Positions 30,307 to 52,206 of a DNA stretch of 64,000 bases are shown here, one piece after another. The notes beneath the pieces were generated by a model. It saw only the letters and a program-made list of their open reading frames with translations. It was not told the origin of the DNA and made no database searches. The DNA lies in NCBI RefSeq assembly GCF_009914755.1, contig NC_060943.1; one strand, 5' to 3'. Each line of letters starts with the position of its first letter. Positions within the stretch are counted from its first letter, which is position 1. The DNA comes from the human T2T-CHM13v2.0 reference genome, Homo sapiens. A program made the translations under genes and the position numbers.

Positions 30307-30809
30307 CTGGAGGGAAAAATGCACAAAAGAAGAGGCCCATGCAAGACATAACACCATGTCCTTCAATGGGGAACCAATACTTTTGCCTTCGGGGATTCTA
30401 AAGATGGTCAAGTGTAACTTTACAAATAGCAAACTAATCATATAACATTTCCAATACATGCACTAAAACTATTTTTAAAATAACAAAAATGTTGCCCAGG
30501 TATAATGGCTCATGCCTCATACCTCAGCACTTTGGGAAGCCAAGGCAGGGAGATCACTTGAGGTTAGGAGTTCAAGACCAGCCTGGCCAACGTGGTGAAA
30601 CTTCCTCTCTACTAAAAATACAAAAATTAGCAGGGCATGCTGGCACAGGTCTGTGGTCCCAGCTACTCAGAAGGTTGAGGCAGAAGAATTGCTTGAGCCT
30701 GGAAAACCAAGTCCAACTTCATACACATTTAAAGTCTTAAAGTTTTTAATCCATACATTAAATAAACTCATTTACTTAAATCTTTATTTTCATGGGGAAT
30801 CCTCTACAC

Positions 30810-30982
30810 CAGGGGTGTCCAATCTTTTGGCTTCCGTGGGCCACACTGGAAGAAGAAGAATGGCCTTGGACCACATATAAAATACACTAACACTAACGAT
30901 CGCTGATGAGCTACAACAAATAAACAAAAAAACTGGTCTGTGCATAAATCTCATAATGCTTTAAGAAAGTTTACAAGCTTGT
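30810..30982. mobile_element. MER30-type hAT DNA transposon fragment
   Basis: Starts CAGGGGTGTCCAATCTTTTGGCTTCC...GGAAGAAGAAGAAT. Confidence 0.75.
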
Positions 30983-31339
30983 TCTATAAAGTAATGCCCA
31001 GGCCATGCATGGTGGCTCACGCCTGTAATCCTAGCACTTTGGGAGGCCAAAGCAGGTGGATCACCTGAGGTCAGAGTTTGAGACCAGCCTGGCCAACATG
31101 GTGAAACCCTGTCTCCACTAAAAATACAAAAATTAGATGGCCATGGTGGTGCACACCTGTAATCCCAGCTACCTGGGAGGCTGAGGCAGGAGAATCACTT
31201 GAATCCAGGAGGGGGGGCTTTGCAGTAAGCAGAGACCATGCCACTGCACTCCAGCCTGGGCAATAGAGCCAGACTGTGTCTCAAAAAAAAAAAAAAAGGA
31301 ATGTCCACTGGCCAAGGTCCATGCCTGTCTTGCTTATTA

Positions 31340-31546
<207 letters not shown>

Positions 31547-32006
31547 CTAAACCATTAAATACATGCCAGCTTCAGCTAAGTACCATCTCCTTTGATGTTC
31601 TGAGAAAAATGCATGAAGGACTAAGGAAGACTAGAAGCCTGCAGTACTCCCAGGCCTCAGGCCTCTTCTCCTCTATATAGATATTGTCTTGCAATGGCAT
31701 CCAATCCCATGGACTTATCAGCATCACTGAAACATGACTAAACTGATCTTCCTACAGCTTTACAATGGGCTCTTCTGGCCTTAGTCCTCCTCTATTTATA
31801 GGTGCAGTCTGCACTGAATATGTTGCAGCACTATGTAAAATCTAATAACAAATGAATTATCTCCACAGTGACACACAAATTCCTTCAGATTAGACATCTC
31901 CATCCCTTTCTTACAATCTGTCATAACACTCAGCAAAACAATGAGCCAACAAGCATGATTGAGGATCAGAAAGAATTAGTAAACATTGAGATAAAATAAT
32001 CATTTC

Positions 32007-32890
32007 TGTAGGGAGACCCACTGAAACTATTGCTACAGAATAAAAGATGAAATGCTCCTGATTACTGTAAATACAAAATTGCATGCAGGATTGTGTAAAG
32101 ACAATGCCAGGTTGGACTGCCAGAATGAGCCAACAGCGTGTGATGTGCTTCCCCCTGCACAGAGCCTATGAATGGACGTGCAGTCAGGGAGGTTTCACAT
32201 CACCAAGATTCCTATCCCAGAAAAGCAGATGTTCATAGCTCTGGGAATGGAATGCGACCCTTGTGGAGAGCCTATAAACAGATGCATGGGGGGTGCCTGT
32301 CCATATGGATAAACGCCCTCATCTTGTCACGGCTCTTGTAGGCCTCTTTAAAGTTAAGGCATACTCCCTTCTGAGAACTTCTGGTCTAACCAGTTGTCTA
32401 GCTTCACATCCTGTTTCCATGGATTGTTTCTAACCAGCATTTGTGGCAATTGTTACTGCTGATTAATATCTTGCTAATCATAGGTTATGGAAAGATTGTG
32501 TTTCTGTTTTAAGGCTCTGTTAGAAATTACTGACACACACACTATATTTTAAATTCTTGTCTCTGTATACTGTACTTCTACATACAAATGTACTGTACTT
32601 CTACATACAAATGTTATGTTAAAGAATTACTTCATCCCCATGTGACCATCTCACCTCATAATCAAATGACCCTAAATCCCTCACTAACCTACCCCCGCCC
32701 TCACTAAGCTTAATAATAACTGCTGGTATATCCAGTGCATTGTTGGCACTGTGGGACCAGAAGGCGGTGACCCCCCTGGACCCAGCCTTCACTATCTTGT
32801 GTGTGTCTATTATTTCTCAACCTGCCAATCTGCCTGGGAACAAAGAGAGAGCCCCGTTGCACTGTGGGCTGCTGGCCAGATCCCGCAATA
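32007..32890 (+). mobile_element. ERVK-class solo LTR, probably MER11D, in a ZNF846 intron and antisense to the gene
   Basis: TGTAGGGAGACC...GATCCCGCAATA, 884 bp, TSD CATTTC / CACTTC. Subfamily name from memory. Confidence 0.7.
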
Positions 32891-33073
32891 CACTTCCATT
32901 GCAATCTCTGTACAACCTGAGATGGCTTGGTTCCTAGAGAAATTCACCTGGGGAGTTATTTCCTGAGCAGGACCATCATTTCTTTAAGATGCTTGAATAC
33001 ACGATAACAAGGTAAGGCTACCGATGATGGCTACAAGCATAACATTTTGAAGTTAGGTCTGCTTTCCACTTGC

Positions 33074-33088
33074 CTGAGAAGAATCCAT
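33074..33088 (-). CDS. ZNF846: ZNF846 first coding segment (MDSSQ); whole exon probably 33074-33173
   Basis: Reverse strand reads ATG GAT TCT TCT CAG|GCAAGT (GC donor). Acceptor TTCTTTTCCAAAG| at 33174. Phase 0 joins the KRAB-A exon in frame. Confidence 0.85.
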
Positions 33089-33233
33089 CAGTAATCCATC
33101 AGTAACCCAGCCACTAGCCTTGGCTTCTCGATGTTCCTGTCATGAAGACAGAAAGTGTCCTGGAAAAAATGACCTTTGGAAAAGAATAATGGCATGTCAG
33201 TTGGATACATCAAAGAAAAAGTATTTCAGGCTA

Positions 33234-33900
<667 letters not shown>

Positions 33901-34046
33901 CTATTCTGACACTTAATACTCTAATTGTCCAGGGGGTGGCTCATGCCTGTAATCCTAACCCTTTGGGAGGTTGAAGTAGAAGGATGCTTGAGGCCAGGAG
34001 TTAGAGACCATCCTGGGCAATATAGTGAGACCAAGTCTCTTTATTA

Positions 34047-34622
<576 letters not shown>

Positions 34623-34752
34623 CTAATTTAGGCTATTTCAAATAATGTGATAAATAACTTTTACATTTAGCCTGGCACACGTATGCATGTTGCATCACCA
34701 AGTCCATATTTAGTTGTCACTGTTTTAAAATGTAGCTGGGCATGGTGGCTCA

Positions 34753-35063
<311 letters not shown>

Positions 35064-35325
35064 TCAGCAATGCATGCACATCTTAAAGAAGACTTGATAT
35101 TGTCACTGACTTTAGTTATGCTTTTATTTATTTATTTTTTTTTTTGTAGAGATGGGGTCTCACTATGTTGTCCCAGCTTGTCTCAAACTCATAGCTTCAG
35201 TGGCTCCTCCTGCTTCTGCTTCCCAAAGTGCTGGGATTACAGGGGTGAGCCACTGTGCCCGGCCTAGTTTTATTTATTTATTTATTTATTTAGACGGTGT
35301 TTTGCTCTTGTTGCCCAGGCTGTAG

Positions 35326-35451
<126 letters not shown>

Positions 35452-36426
35452 TAGTAGAGACAGGGTTTCTCCATGTTGGTCGGGCTGGTCTGGAACTCCC
35501 AACCTCAGGTGAACCGCCCACCTCGGCCTCCCAAAGTGCCAGGATTACAGGTGTTTAAGTTACCGCACCCGGCCAATACACATTGATCTACACAAGAGAT
35601 GCAAAGAAACAGAAAACATGCAAAATATTAACAAATGATCAGTCTACAACAAGGATATATAATAGGTGTTCAATATTCTGGCCTTTCACATTTTCTTTGG
35701 TTTAGAATATTCAATCTACAGATAGCCTGGGCAACAAACCAAGACCCTGTCTTTAAAACGTAAATAAATAAATAAAAATATATGAGGGGGAAGGCCAGGC
35801 GCGGTGGCTTATACCTGTAATTCCAGCACTTTGGGAGTCCGAGGAGGGTGGATCACGAGGTCAGGAGTTCGAGACCAGCCCAACCAACATGGTGAAACCC
35901 CGTCTCTACTAAAAATGCAAAATTAGCCGGGCGTGGTGGCACATGCCTGTAATCCCAGTTACTCAGCATGCTGAGGCAGGAGAATCGCTTGGACCGGGAG
36001 ACAGAGTTTACAGTGAGCCTATATCACGCCATTGCACTCCAGCCTGGGCAATAAGAGCGAAACTCCGTCTCAAAATATGTATATATACGAGAGGAAAAAC
36101 GCTGAATCAAAACATGTCTCTTTCACAGTTAATACAACTGTAATTTCTGATACTGGTATAATGAAGGCGGCATCCTACTTCCTGGAAGCCCCTCCGTTTT
36201 GAAGCTCTTTGGGAGGTACTGACCTAGGAAGTTCAGCTGCTTTTGATCTCAAAAACACAGCGGAGTATTGCTACTTTGCTTTATAACTGTGGCAATATTT
36301 GCTTTTATTTCTATAAACCTACAACTCCTGCACACTTGACAAAGCATTTAACTGCTGAGCAATTTCGCAAACTTCAATAAGCGATGCCCTCCCACAGCCA
36401 GATCATCTCCTCCGTCCAGGGCTCAC

Positions 36427-36505
36427 CGGAACGCACTGCAATCGCCCTGTCGGTGACAAGAGGACGCTGGGGCCCTTTTCCACAACAGCTGAGATGCTTT
36501 TCCTT
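36427..36505 (-). other. Candidate non-coding 5' UTR exon of ZNF846
   Basis: CCTTTCTCCAG| acceptor and CCG|GTGAGC donor. The donor context is conserved in the paralogous block at ~3670. Confidence 0.5.
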
Positions 36506-36539
36506 CTGGAGAAAGGACACAAAGGTTGACTGGCTGCTT

Positions 36540-37200
36540 TTAAACAGAGGGGCACGGTGGTTGGAGAAAAAAACACGTCTCCACCGGGGACCCTGGGCCA
36601 GGCCCAGACTGATGCGGGCGCAGCGGGAAGAGGCGCTCAGAAGAGAAGGCGGGAACCCCCCGCCTCGGGGTCCTGGCGGGGAGGAGGCGCCGCTTCTCCG
36701 GAGCAGCAGCGGGAGGCCGGCGCGTCTCAGACCTAGCAGAAGTCCGGAGCGTCACCCTCCGACCCTCGCTCCGCCTCCCGCTAGGCCCTCCTGCCCCGCC
36801 CTGCCTAGGTTGAGCATGAGCGCTGGCTGAGGTGAAAACCCAGCTAGGAAGCTGCTGGAGAGCGGGGAATACGTATAGCTGCGCGCCGGCTGGCACTTCC
36901 GCTTCCGGTTGCGCACGGCATTAAGTGTAGGGGCCGAGCCCCAAGAGCTTTGGAATGAGGATGATGTGAAGCTGAGAGAAGAGCTGGGGCCACCTCTTCG
37001 ACACGCGTACAGAAAAGTCCCGTTTTCTCGCATCCCAGGTGGACCAGGATCCAGATCAATCTGTCGATATTGGGAACGACGCCGGACCAGGAAACCCAGC
37101 GCCAAGGGCCGGGTTGGAGGCGGGGACTGGCGCAGCGGGCGGGGCACGCGTGGAGGCGTCACCTAAGGCTTCGATTGCAGACAGCGGGATGCTCATCGAG
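36540..37200 (-). promoter_or_regulatory. CpG-island promoter and first exon of ZNF846
   Basis: CpG-rich. Tandem ETS/GABP-type CACTTCCGCTTCCGG at ~36894-36908, NRF1-like TGCGCACG, GC boxes, candidate donor TAG|GTCTGA at 36732. Confidence 0.8.
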
Positions 37201-37761
37201 TGCTTTTCTTTTCTTTTTTAATTTCTCTTTTTAGTTTTTTGAGATAAGGCTCCGGTCTGTCGCCTAGGCTGGAGTGCAGTGGCTCGGTCATAGATCATTG
37301 CAGCCTGGAATTCCTGCGCTGAAGCTATCCTCCCGCCTCGGCCTCCGGAGTAGCTTGGACCACAGTTGGGCCCATCACGCCCAGCTAAGTTATCTTTTTC
37401 TAGACACTTGGGTCTCACTGTGTTCCCTAGGCTGGTCTCGAACTCCTGAGCCTAAAGGATCCTCCCCCCTCGGCCTCCCAAGCAGCTTGGACCACAGGTG
37501 TGTGCCACCACGCCTGGCTAATTTATTTTTATTTTATTTTTATTTTTTTGTAGAGACAGGGTCTCTCTTTGTTACCCAGGCTGATCTGGAACTCCTGGGC
37601 TCCAGTGATCCTTCCACCTTGGCCTCCCAAAGTGCTGGGATTATAGGCGTGAGCCACCACCCTAGGGAAATTCTTTTCTGCAGGATTTTCTCCTTGTTTC
37701 TTCAACCCTCTGCAGGGATATAAACATATTTACAAAGATAATCCCGCTGTAGTCCTAGCTA

Positions 37762-38219
<458 letters not shown>

Positions 38220-38665
38220 TTATCATAGCATACAATTAACCTGTTTAAAGTGTACAGTTTCGTGGCTTTTTGTATATTCATATATTTGTGCATCGATCAT
38301 CACAATCAATTTTAGAACATTTTCATGACCACAAAAATAAACCCAGTACCCTAGCCATGATCACCCAATCTGCTCATCCAGCCCCACCCCCACCCCCAGA
38401 GTCCAAAGCAACAGCTAATCTTTCTGTCTGTATAGATTGCCTACTGTAGATATTGCCTGTAGAATTAGAATATAAAACACGTGGTGTTTGGCTTGTTTCA
38501 TTCAATGTTTTCAAGGTTCATCCAATTAGCATGTATCAGTACTTAATTTTTTTTTACTAAATAAGATTCCATTGTATGGCTGTATCATAACATCAGTTGT
38601 TGGATATTGGGTTTTCTCTTTTTTTTTTTTTTTTGGCTTTTTTGGATAATACAAGACGCATTTTA

Positions 38666-39002
<337 letters not shown>

Positions 39003-39109
39003 TCAAAAAAATAAAAAATAAAAAATAAATCCCCAGCTCAAAAAATAAAACCTAGAAAAAGAATATAAATGTAAACCAAAATGGAAAAAGGTTTATTTAT
39101 TTATTTATT

Positions 39110-39910
39110 TTTTATTTCAATAGCCTTTGGGAAACAGGTGGTTTTGGGTTACATGGATAAGTTCTTTAGTGGTGATTTCTGGGATTTTGGTGCACCCATC
39201 ATCCGAGCAGTGTACAATGTACCCAATGTGTAGTTTTTTATCCACTTTTATCCCTCACCCTTCTCCCACCCTTCCCCCAGAGTCCCCAAAGTGCATTCTT
39301 TCTTTCTATCCTTTTTTGTTTTGTTTTGTTTTTTCTTTTTGAGATGGAGTCTCATTCTGTTGCCCAGGCTGGAGTGTAGTGACATGATCTTGGCAACCTC
39401 CGCCTCCCAGGTTCAAGCAGTTCTCTTGCCTCAGCCTCCTGAGTAAGTGAGATTACAGACATGCGCCACCATGCTTGGCTAATTTTTGTATTTTTAGTAG
39501 AGATGGGGTTTTCCCACGTTGGCCAGGCTGGTCTTGAACTGCTGGCCTCAAGTGATCCACCCACTTCGGCCTCCCAAAGTGCTGGGATAACAGGCGTGAG
39601 CCACTGCGCCCACCCAAAGTTCATTATATCATTCTTATGCCTTTGCATCCTCATAGCTTAGTTCCCACTTATAAGTGAGAACATATATATGGTTTTCCAT
39701 TCCTGAGTTACTTCACTTAGAATAATAGTCTCTATCCAGGTTGCTCAGAATGCTATGACTTTCTTGCTTTTTATAGCTGAGTGGTATTCTGTGGTGTATA
39801 TATACCACATTTTTGTTATCCCCTTATTAGTTGATGGGCATTGAGACTGGTTCCATATTTTTACAGTTGCAAATTGTGGGCTGTAAACATGTGTGTGCAA
39901 GTGTCCTTTT
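39110..39910 (-). mobile_element. L1PB-like 3' end interrupted by an Alu
   Basis: GGTTACATGGATAAGTTCTTTAGTGGTGATTTC...CCCACTTATAAGTGAGAACAT, typical L1 3' UTR. Confidence 0.7.
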
Positions 39911-40319
39911 TTTTTTTCTTTTTTGAGATGGAGTCTCCACTCTGCTGCCAGGCTGGAGTGCAGTGGCCTATCTTGGCTCACTGCAACCTCCGCCTCCTGG
40001 GTTCAAATGATTCTCCTGCCTCAGCCTCCCAAGTAGCTGAGACTACAGGTGCACACCACCATGCCCAGCTAATTTTTGTATTTTTAGTAGAGACGAGGTT
40101 TCACCGTGTTGGTCAGGATGGTCTCGGTCTCTTGACCTCGTGATCCACCCACCTCAGCCTCCCAAACTGCTGGGAATACAGGTGTGAGCCACCATGCCCA
40201 GCCTGTTTCAGACATTTTTAAGACTATGTCCCATTCATTTAAAATACTATTTTTCCCCATTGAATTGTTTTGACACCTTTGTCAACCATCATTAGACTGT
40301 AAATGTGAGCTTAGATGTT

Positions 40320-43835
<3,516 letters not shown>

Positions 43836-43902
43836 TATGTGACCACAAGGCAGCAGTAGCTCACTTGGGCAGTGCTTTGATGGGTTTGTGTGTGGGGTCC
43901 CT

Positions 43903-44910
43903 TGTGGGCAGCAAGCCACCCAGGTGCTGAAGCAAGAGACCGAGGACACGAGCTGTTCCAGTATAATAAAACATAAAACAAGAATAGTTGTACCAGATAT
44001 AGATCATAGACATGATTATATATGAATATCATTAATCATTAGTTTGTGGCAATTACTCTTTATTCCAATATTATAATAATCCTTGCTCTATAATCATAAC
44101 CTAGGAAAAATCAGGCTATACAGAGATAGGAGCTGAGGGGACATAGTGAGGAGTGACCAGAAGACAAGAGTGCAAGCCTTCTGTTATGCCCAGACAGGGC
44201 CACCAGAAGGGCTCCTTGGTCTAGCGGTAATGCCAGCGTCTGGGAAGACGTCCATTGCCAGGTGGACCATGGTCTAGCGGTAGCGAAAACTGTCAAGGAA
44301 CAACACCCGCTACTTAGCAGACTGAGAAAGGGAGTCTCCTTTTCCCCGGGGGGGTTTATAGAAGACTCTGCTCCTCCACCTCTTGTGGAGGGCCTGACAT
44401 CAGCCAGGCTTGCCCACTGTTATCTGGAGGCCCAACCGTCTCCCTGTGATGCTGTGCTTCAGTGGTCACACTCCTAGTCCGCCTTCATGTTCCATCCTGT
44501 ACACCTGGCTCTGCCTTCTAGATAGCAGTAGTAAATTAGTGAAAGTACTAAAAGTCTCTGATATGCAGAAATAATGGCATAAGCTGTCTTTCTCTCTGTC
44601 TCCTCTCCCTCTCTGCCTCAACTGCCAGGCAGGGAAGGGCCCCCTGTCCAGTGGACACGTGACCCACGTGACCTTACCTATCATTGGAGATGACTCACAC
44701 TCTTTACCCTGCCCCTTTTGCTTTGTATCCAGTAAATAACAGCGCAGCCAGACATTTGGGGCCACTACCGGTCTCCGTGCATTGGGGGTAGCGGTCCCCC
44801 AGGCCCAGCTGTCTTTTCTTCTATCTCTTAGTCTTGTGTCTTTATTTCTACACTCTCTTGTCGCCACACACAGGGAGAAGCCCACCGACCCTGTGGGGCT
44901 GGTCCCTGCA
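43903..44910 (+). mobile_element. LTR13 (ERVK-class) solo LTR
   Basis: TGTGGGCAGCAAGCCACCCAGGTG...GGTCCCTGCA, 1008 bp, perfect 6-bp TSD GTCCCT. Confidence 0.85.
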
Positions 44911-45225
44911 GTCCCTCATAGCATGAGAATATCCAAAGGCTACAGACTTGGAGGTCACTACTCAGAATGGGAGGAGAGCAAGAGAACTCCAGGGAAAGAA
45001 TGGGAGTTGAGAGGGAGCTTATGTGCTAGGTGAAGTTGCTTAGCAGCCTAGTGGGAAGTTTCTAAATCAGAAAGCTCTGAAGAGCAGCAAGGGATTGGGG
45101 TCCTTTTTATAGCTGGAGGGTTTATCTTCTCTGTGGTCATCAAATGGTTGGCACAATTTCACCGGGGTATGCAGAGCAGGCAGGCCCTAAAGGACTAAAA
45201 AATCTGCTTGTTTGGACTATGTTTA

Positions 45226-45464
<239 letters not shown>

Positions 45465-45549
45465 CTATCTTTAAACAAACAAACCAAAAGAAAATTAAAA
45501 ACAATTGGGTGTGGAAAAACTTGAGTTTGGAGCCGGGTGCGGTGGCTCA

Positions 45550-45884
<335 letters not shown>

Positions 45885-46059
45885 TTAGCACTTTGGGAGG
45901 CCAAGGTGGGTGGATCACCTGAGGTCAGGAGTCTGAGACCAAGCTAGCTAACATGGCAAAACCCCATCTCTACTAAAAAATACAAAAAAAAAGCCAGACT
46001 AAAACTTGAGTTTGACACTGGCAGCTATTGTGAGTAACGGTGCTATGAACACTGGTGTA

Positions 46060-46465
46060 CAAACCAAAACAATACAGAAAAAACCCAGCAAACACTGGAC
46101 AAAGGAGAGAATCAGCTTTCCAGAGTTACAGTATTATCAGATTCAAATGTCCAGTTTTTAACAAAAATCTCAAGGCACACAAACAGGAAAGTATGGCCCA
46201 TTCAAAGAAAAAATAAATAAATATAAATTTTCCCTGGAAGAGACCTAATGGTATATCTACTAGACAAGGACTTTAAAACAACTGCCTTAAAGATGTTCAA
46301 AGAACTAAAGGAAGACATGGAAAAACTCAAGAAAATGATGTATGAACAGAATATAAATAACAATCAAGAGATAGAAAACCTAAAAAGAAACCAAGAAGAA
46401 ATTCTGGAGCTAAAAAATACAATAATTAAAATGAAAAATTCACTACAGGGATTCAAAGGAGATTT
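46060..46465 (+). mobile_element. Old L1M ORF1 coiled-coil fragment
   Basis: ORF 46248: LLDKDFKTTALKMFKELKE...NQEEILELKNTIIKMKNSLQGF is typical L1 ORF1. Confidence 0.75.
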
Positions 46466-46469
46466 CAGC

Positions 46470-46593
46470 TGTTGCATCCCAGACCTCTCCATGGATGATG
46501 TCAAAGGCATCCCCAGTAGTGACAACCAAAAATGTCTCCAGACATTGCTAACTGTCCCCCAGGAGTAAAATCATCCCCATTGGAAATCACTGC
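46470..46593. mobile_element. MER20 fragment
   Basis: GTGACAACCAAAAATGTCTCCAGACATTGC...GAAATCACTG. Confidence 0.7.
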
Positions 46594-46646
46594 TCTAGAC
46601 CTACCTCCCAATTTACAGAAAATGCAGGTGACAGAAAAACAAGCTA

Positions 46647-46981
<335 letters not shown>

Positions 46982-47389
46982 CTATGTTGCCCAGGCTGGA
47001 TTCCAACTCCTGGGCTCAATCCATCCTCCCAACTCAGCCTCCCCAGTAGCTGGGACTACAGGTGTTAGCCACCATGCCCTATCTTCAAAGTTTAATACTA
47101 TGCTAGTATATAAGAAAACTGATACTTTATAACCCAATGTTGAAACAATATTCCTCTGGAATCAGACTGCCTGAGATTGAATCTAGGCTTAAACTCTCTG
47201 TGCATAATATTTTTCATTTGTAAAATGAGGGTTAGATTAATATCCACTTTCTAGCTCTGAGGGTAAATAGTTGAATAGAATGCTCATGTGAGACGATTTA
47301 ACTCTGACATTTCAGCCAACTGTAGCTTCGGGGTGTCACCTTGAAAAGAGGTTGGTTCCTTTGGAAGAAATGTTACTTCCAGAAGTTAG

Positions 47390-47586
<197 letters not shown>

Positions 47587-47729
47587 TAGTAGAGACAGGG
47601 TTTCTCCATGTTGGTCAGGCTGGTCTCAAACTCCCGACCTCAGGTGATCTGTCTGCCTCAGCTTCCCAAAGTGCTGGGATTACAGGCATGAGCCACTGCA
47701 CCCCACCAGAATTTTTTTTTTTTTTTTGA

Positions 47730-47993
<264 letters not shown>

Positions 47994-48583
47994 TGAGTCA
48001 CCACGCCCGGCCATCACGACTTTTTTTTTTTTTTAGATAGGCTGTCACTCCTGTCACTCAGGCTGGAGTGTAGTACAGTGATCTTCACTCACTGCAGCCT
48101 TGACCTCCTGGTCTCAAGAGATCCTCCCACCTCAGCCTCTCAAGTAGCTAGGACTACAAATGCATGCCACCATGCCCAGCTAATTTTGTTTTTTTTTTTG
48201 TTTTTTTTTTTGTAGAGATGAGGTCTCACTATATTGCCCAGCCTGGTCTCAAACTCCTGGGCTCAAGCAATCCCCCTACCTCAGCCTCTTAAGTGCTGGA
48301 ATTATAGGCATGAGCCACTGCACCTGGCCACTCTTTTTTTCTTTCTGTTTAAAGACAGGGTCTTGCTATATAGCCCAGGCTGGAGTGGAGTGGTCATTCA
48401 CAGGCATGATCATGTACACTGCAGCTTACAACTCCCAGGCTCAAGTGATCCTCCCGCCCCAGCCTCCCCAATAACTAGGACTACAGGCATGTGCCACCAC
48501 ACCCAGCAAGTTTCCCTTAGTTCTCTGAAATGTTTTAAGACTCCACTCAAATCTTCTTAAACAGTCTTAAATTTTCATCATGA

Positions 48584-48796
<213 letters not shown>

Positions 48797-48989
48797 TAGG
48801 CTGGTCTTGAACTCCTGACCTCAAGTGATCCACCTGCCTCAGCCTCCCAAAATGCTGGGATTACAGGTGTGAGCCACTGCACTCAGCCTGACCTAGTGAT
48901 GTTTTACTCCCAGTTCTAATGTTCCACAGTTAGAGACTCCAGACATACCAAAATCAGTTAACTTTCATGAATTCACCATGGCCCTTATG

Positions 48990-49163
48990 CAGTAGTTTTC
49001 AACAGTGGCTGCACATTAGATTCACTGGAGGACTTTTAAAAACACTGATACCCATGACACATCCCCATAAATGCTGTTTTAATTGGTCTGAGGTAGGACT
49101 CAGCCCTTAGTACATTTCTCAAGTTTCCAGGACATTCTATAAGGATTAGGTTGAGAATTACTG
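48990..49163. mobile_element. MER5-type hAT MITE
   Basis: Terminal inverted repeats CAGTAGTTTTCAA...TTGAGAATTACTG, ~175 bp. Confidence 0.7.
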
Positions 49164-49989
49164 ACTTGGCTTCTGCATTCATATGCTCTTCTTGTCCACT
49201 TGATATAGTCCTACACATCTTTCAGAACTTAAGTCAACCTTGCCTCCTCTGGAGAAAATATCCTGTTAGGTGTTTTTTTGTTTGTTTGTTTGTTTTGAGA
49301 TGGAATCTCCCTCTGTAGCCCAGTGGCGGATCTTGGCTCACTGCAACCTCTGCCTCCCAGGTCCAAGCGAATTCTCCTGCCCCAGCCTCCTGAGTAGCTG
49401 GAATTACAGGCATGCACCACCACGCCCTGTAATTTTTGTATTTTTAGGAGAGATGGGGTTTCACCATGTTGGCCAGGCTGGTCTTGAACTCCTGACCTCA
49501 AGTGATCTGCCCACATTGGCCTCCCAAAGTGCTGGATTTACAGGTATGGGCCACCATGTCCCACCCACTGTTAGGTGCACTCTTATCCCTCCCCTCCCAG
49601 CACCCCATAGCCCCTTTGAAATTCCTTTATTATAAGTCTTGTCATAACGCTTTATCACTTGCGCTGTTTATCTTTCATGCTGTCTGATGAACTCCAGGAA
49701 AGTAGAAACTAATTTTAGTCTAGACACCTGCTTGTGGAAGTTAGGCAAACAGTCTTCTGAAAGACTGTCTTGATATAAAATCCCAGATCCCACAAAAAAA
49801 AACTTTTTTCTTTACAGCAAAGCAAGTGGAAAAAACAAAAACAAAAACAAAACCCTTTATTTTTTAATTGCTCTATCAATGAAAAAGAAAATAGAGAAAT
49901 TTCCCAAGGGCAAACAATTTTTTTTTTTTTTTTTTGAGATGGAGTGTCGCTCTTGTTGCCCAGGCTGGAGTGCAATGGTGCGATCTTGA

Positions 49990-50310
<321 letters not shown>

Positions 50311-50927
50311 TAGCTGCCCCACCAGGAATGGCACTAGCCCTTGTGACTAGTTTTTACCACAAAATGTTAAAGGAAAAAAATGTGTCGTGTTAGCCAAAGA
50401 GCAATGTGCTTTCTCTTTTTTATTAGACAGGGTCTCAATCTCTCACCCAGGCTAGAGTGCAGTGGTGCTGCACAGCTCACTGCAGCCTCAAACTTCTGGG
50501 CTCAAGCAATCCTCCAGCCTCAGCCTCCCACGTAGCTGGAACTTCAGGTGTGCACCACCACACCTAATTTTTAATTTTTTGTTCCAGAGATGGGGTCTTG
50601 CTAGGTTGCCCAGGCTTGTCTCCAACTCCTGGTCTCAGGCAGTCCTCCCGACTCAGCCTCCCAAAGCACTGGGATTGCAGGCATGAGTCACCATGCCCAG
50701 CCAGCTTTCTCTATTTTTACTTTCCCTTTCCACCTAGATGTACATGGTGTCTCAACATTGAAAGATACTGGGTTTCTGCACCACCAGGGGAAGAAAGCCA
50801 ACTAAATTTAGATTGTTACATGAGTAGGAAATTAACTGAAACTTTGATATGTGTCTGTTACATTAGGTTACCCATAAATACACAGCTAGATGGAAAAGAA
50901 ATGTTACTGGGATATAATTTTGGTTAA

Positions 50928-51281
<354 letters not shown>

Positions 51282-51320
51282 TGATCACTTGAGCCACCCC
51301 TTGGCCTCCCAAAGTGCTGA

Positions 51321-51530
<210 letters not shown>

Positions 51531-51668
51531 TAGCTAATTTTGTATTTTTAGTAGAGACAGGGTTTCGCCATGTTGGCCAGGAGTTCAAGGCTGCAGTGTG
51601 CTATGATTGCCACTATGAATAGCCACTGCCCTCCAGCCTGGGCAACATAGTGAGAGTCTCATCACTAA

Positions 51669-51702
<34 letters not shown>

Positions 51703-52206
51703 TATATTCTTTAAAAGTTTATTTTGTATAAATAATAATGAGACATAATTTCACCAGGCTGGTCTCCAACTCCTGAGCTCAAGTGCTGGGATTACAGGTG
51801 TGAGTCACCGTGTCCGGCCAGTTTTGTTTTTGTTTTTTTTTTTAATTTCAGACAGGGTCTTACTCTGTCGCCTGGATGGAGTACAGTGGCACAATCACTG
51901 TTCACCACCACCTCAACCTCCCAAGCTCAGGTGATCCTCCCACCTCAGCCCCCCAAGTAGTTGGAACTACAGGCACAGTGCCACTATGCTTGGCTAATTT
52001 TTATTTTTATTTATTTTTATTTTTGTAGATACCGGGTTTTGCCATATTGTCCAGACTGGTCTTGAACTTCTGAGCTCAAGCGATCTGCCCGCTTCGGCCT
52101 CCCAAAGTGTTGGGACTGCAGGCACTAGCCATCGCGCCTGGCCAGATAATGGTGATTTTTTTTCCTAAAGAAAAAAAGTCCAGGCCCATGTAGATTTTTT
52201 TCGTAT

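Noticed and set aside
36384-37166. Several 85-148 aa ORFs over the ZNF846 promoter
   Set aside because: Expected stop-poor frames in a GC-rich CpG island; no homology recognised.
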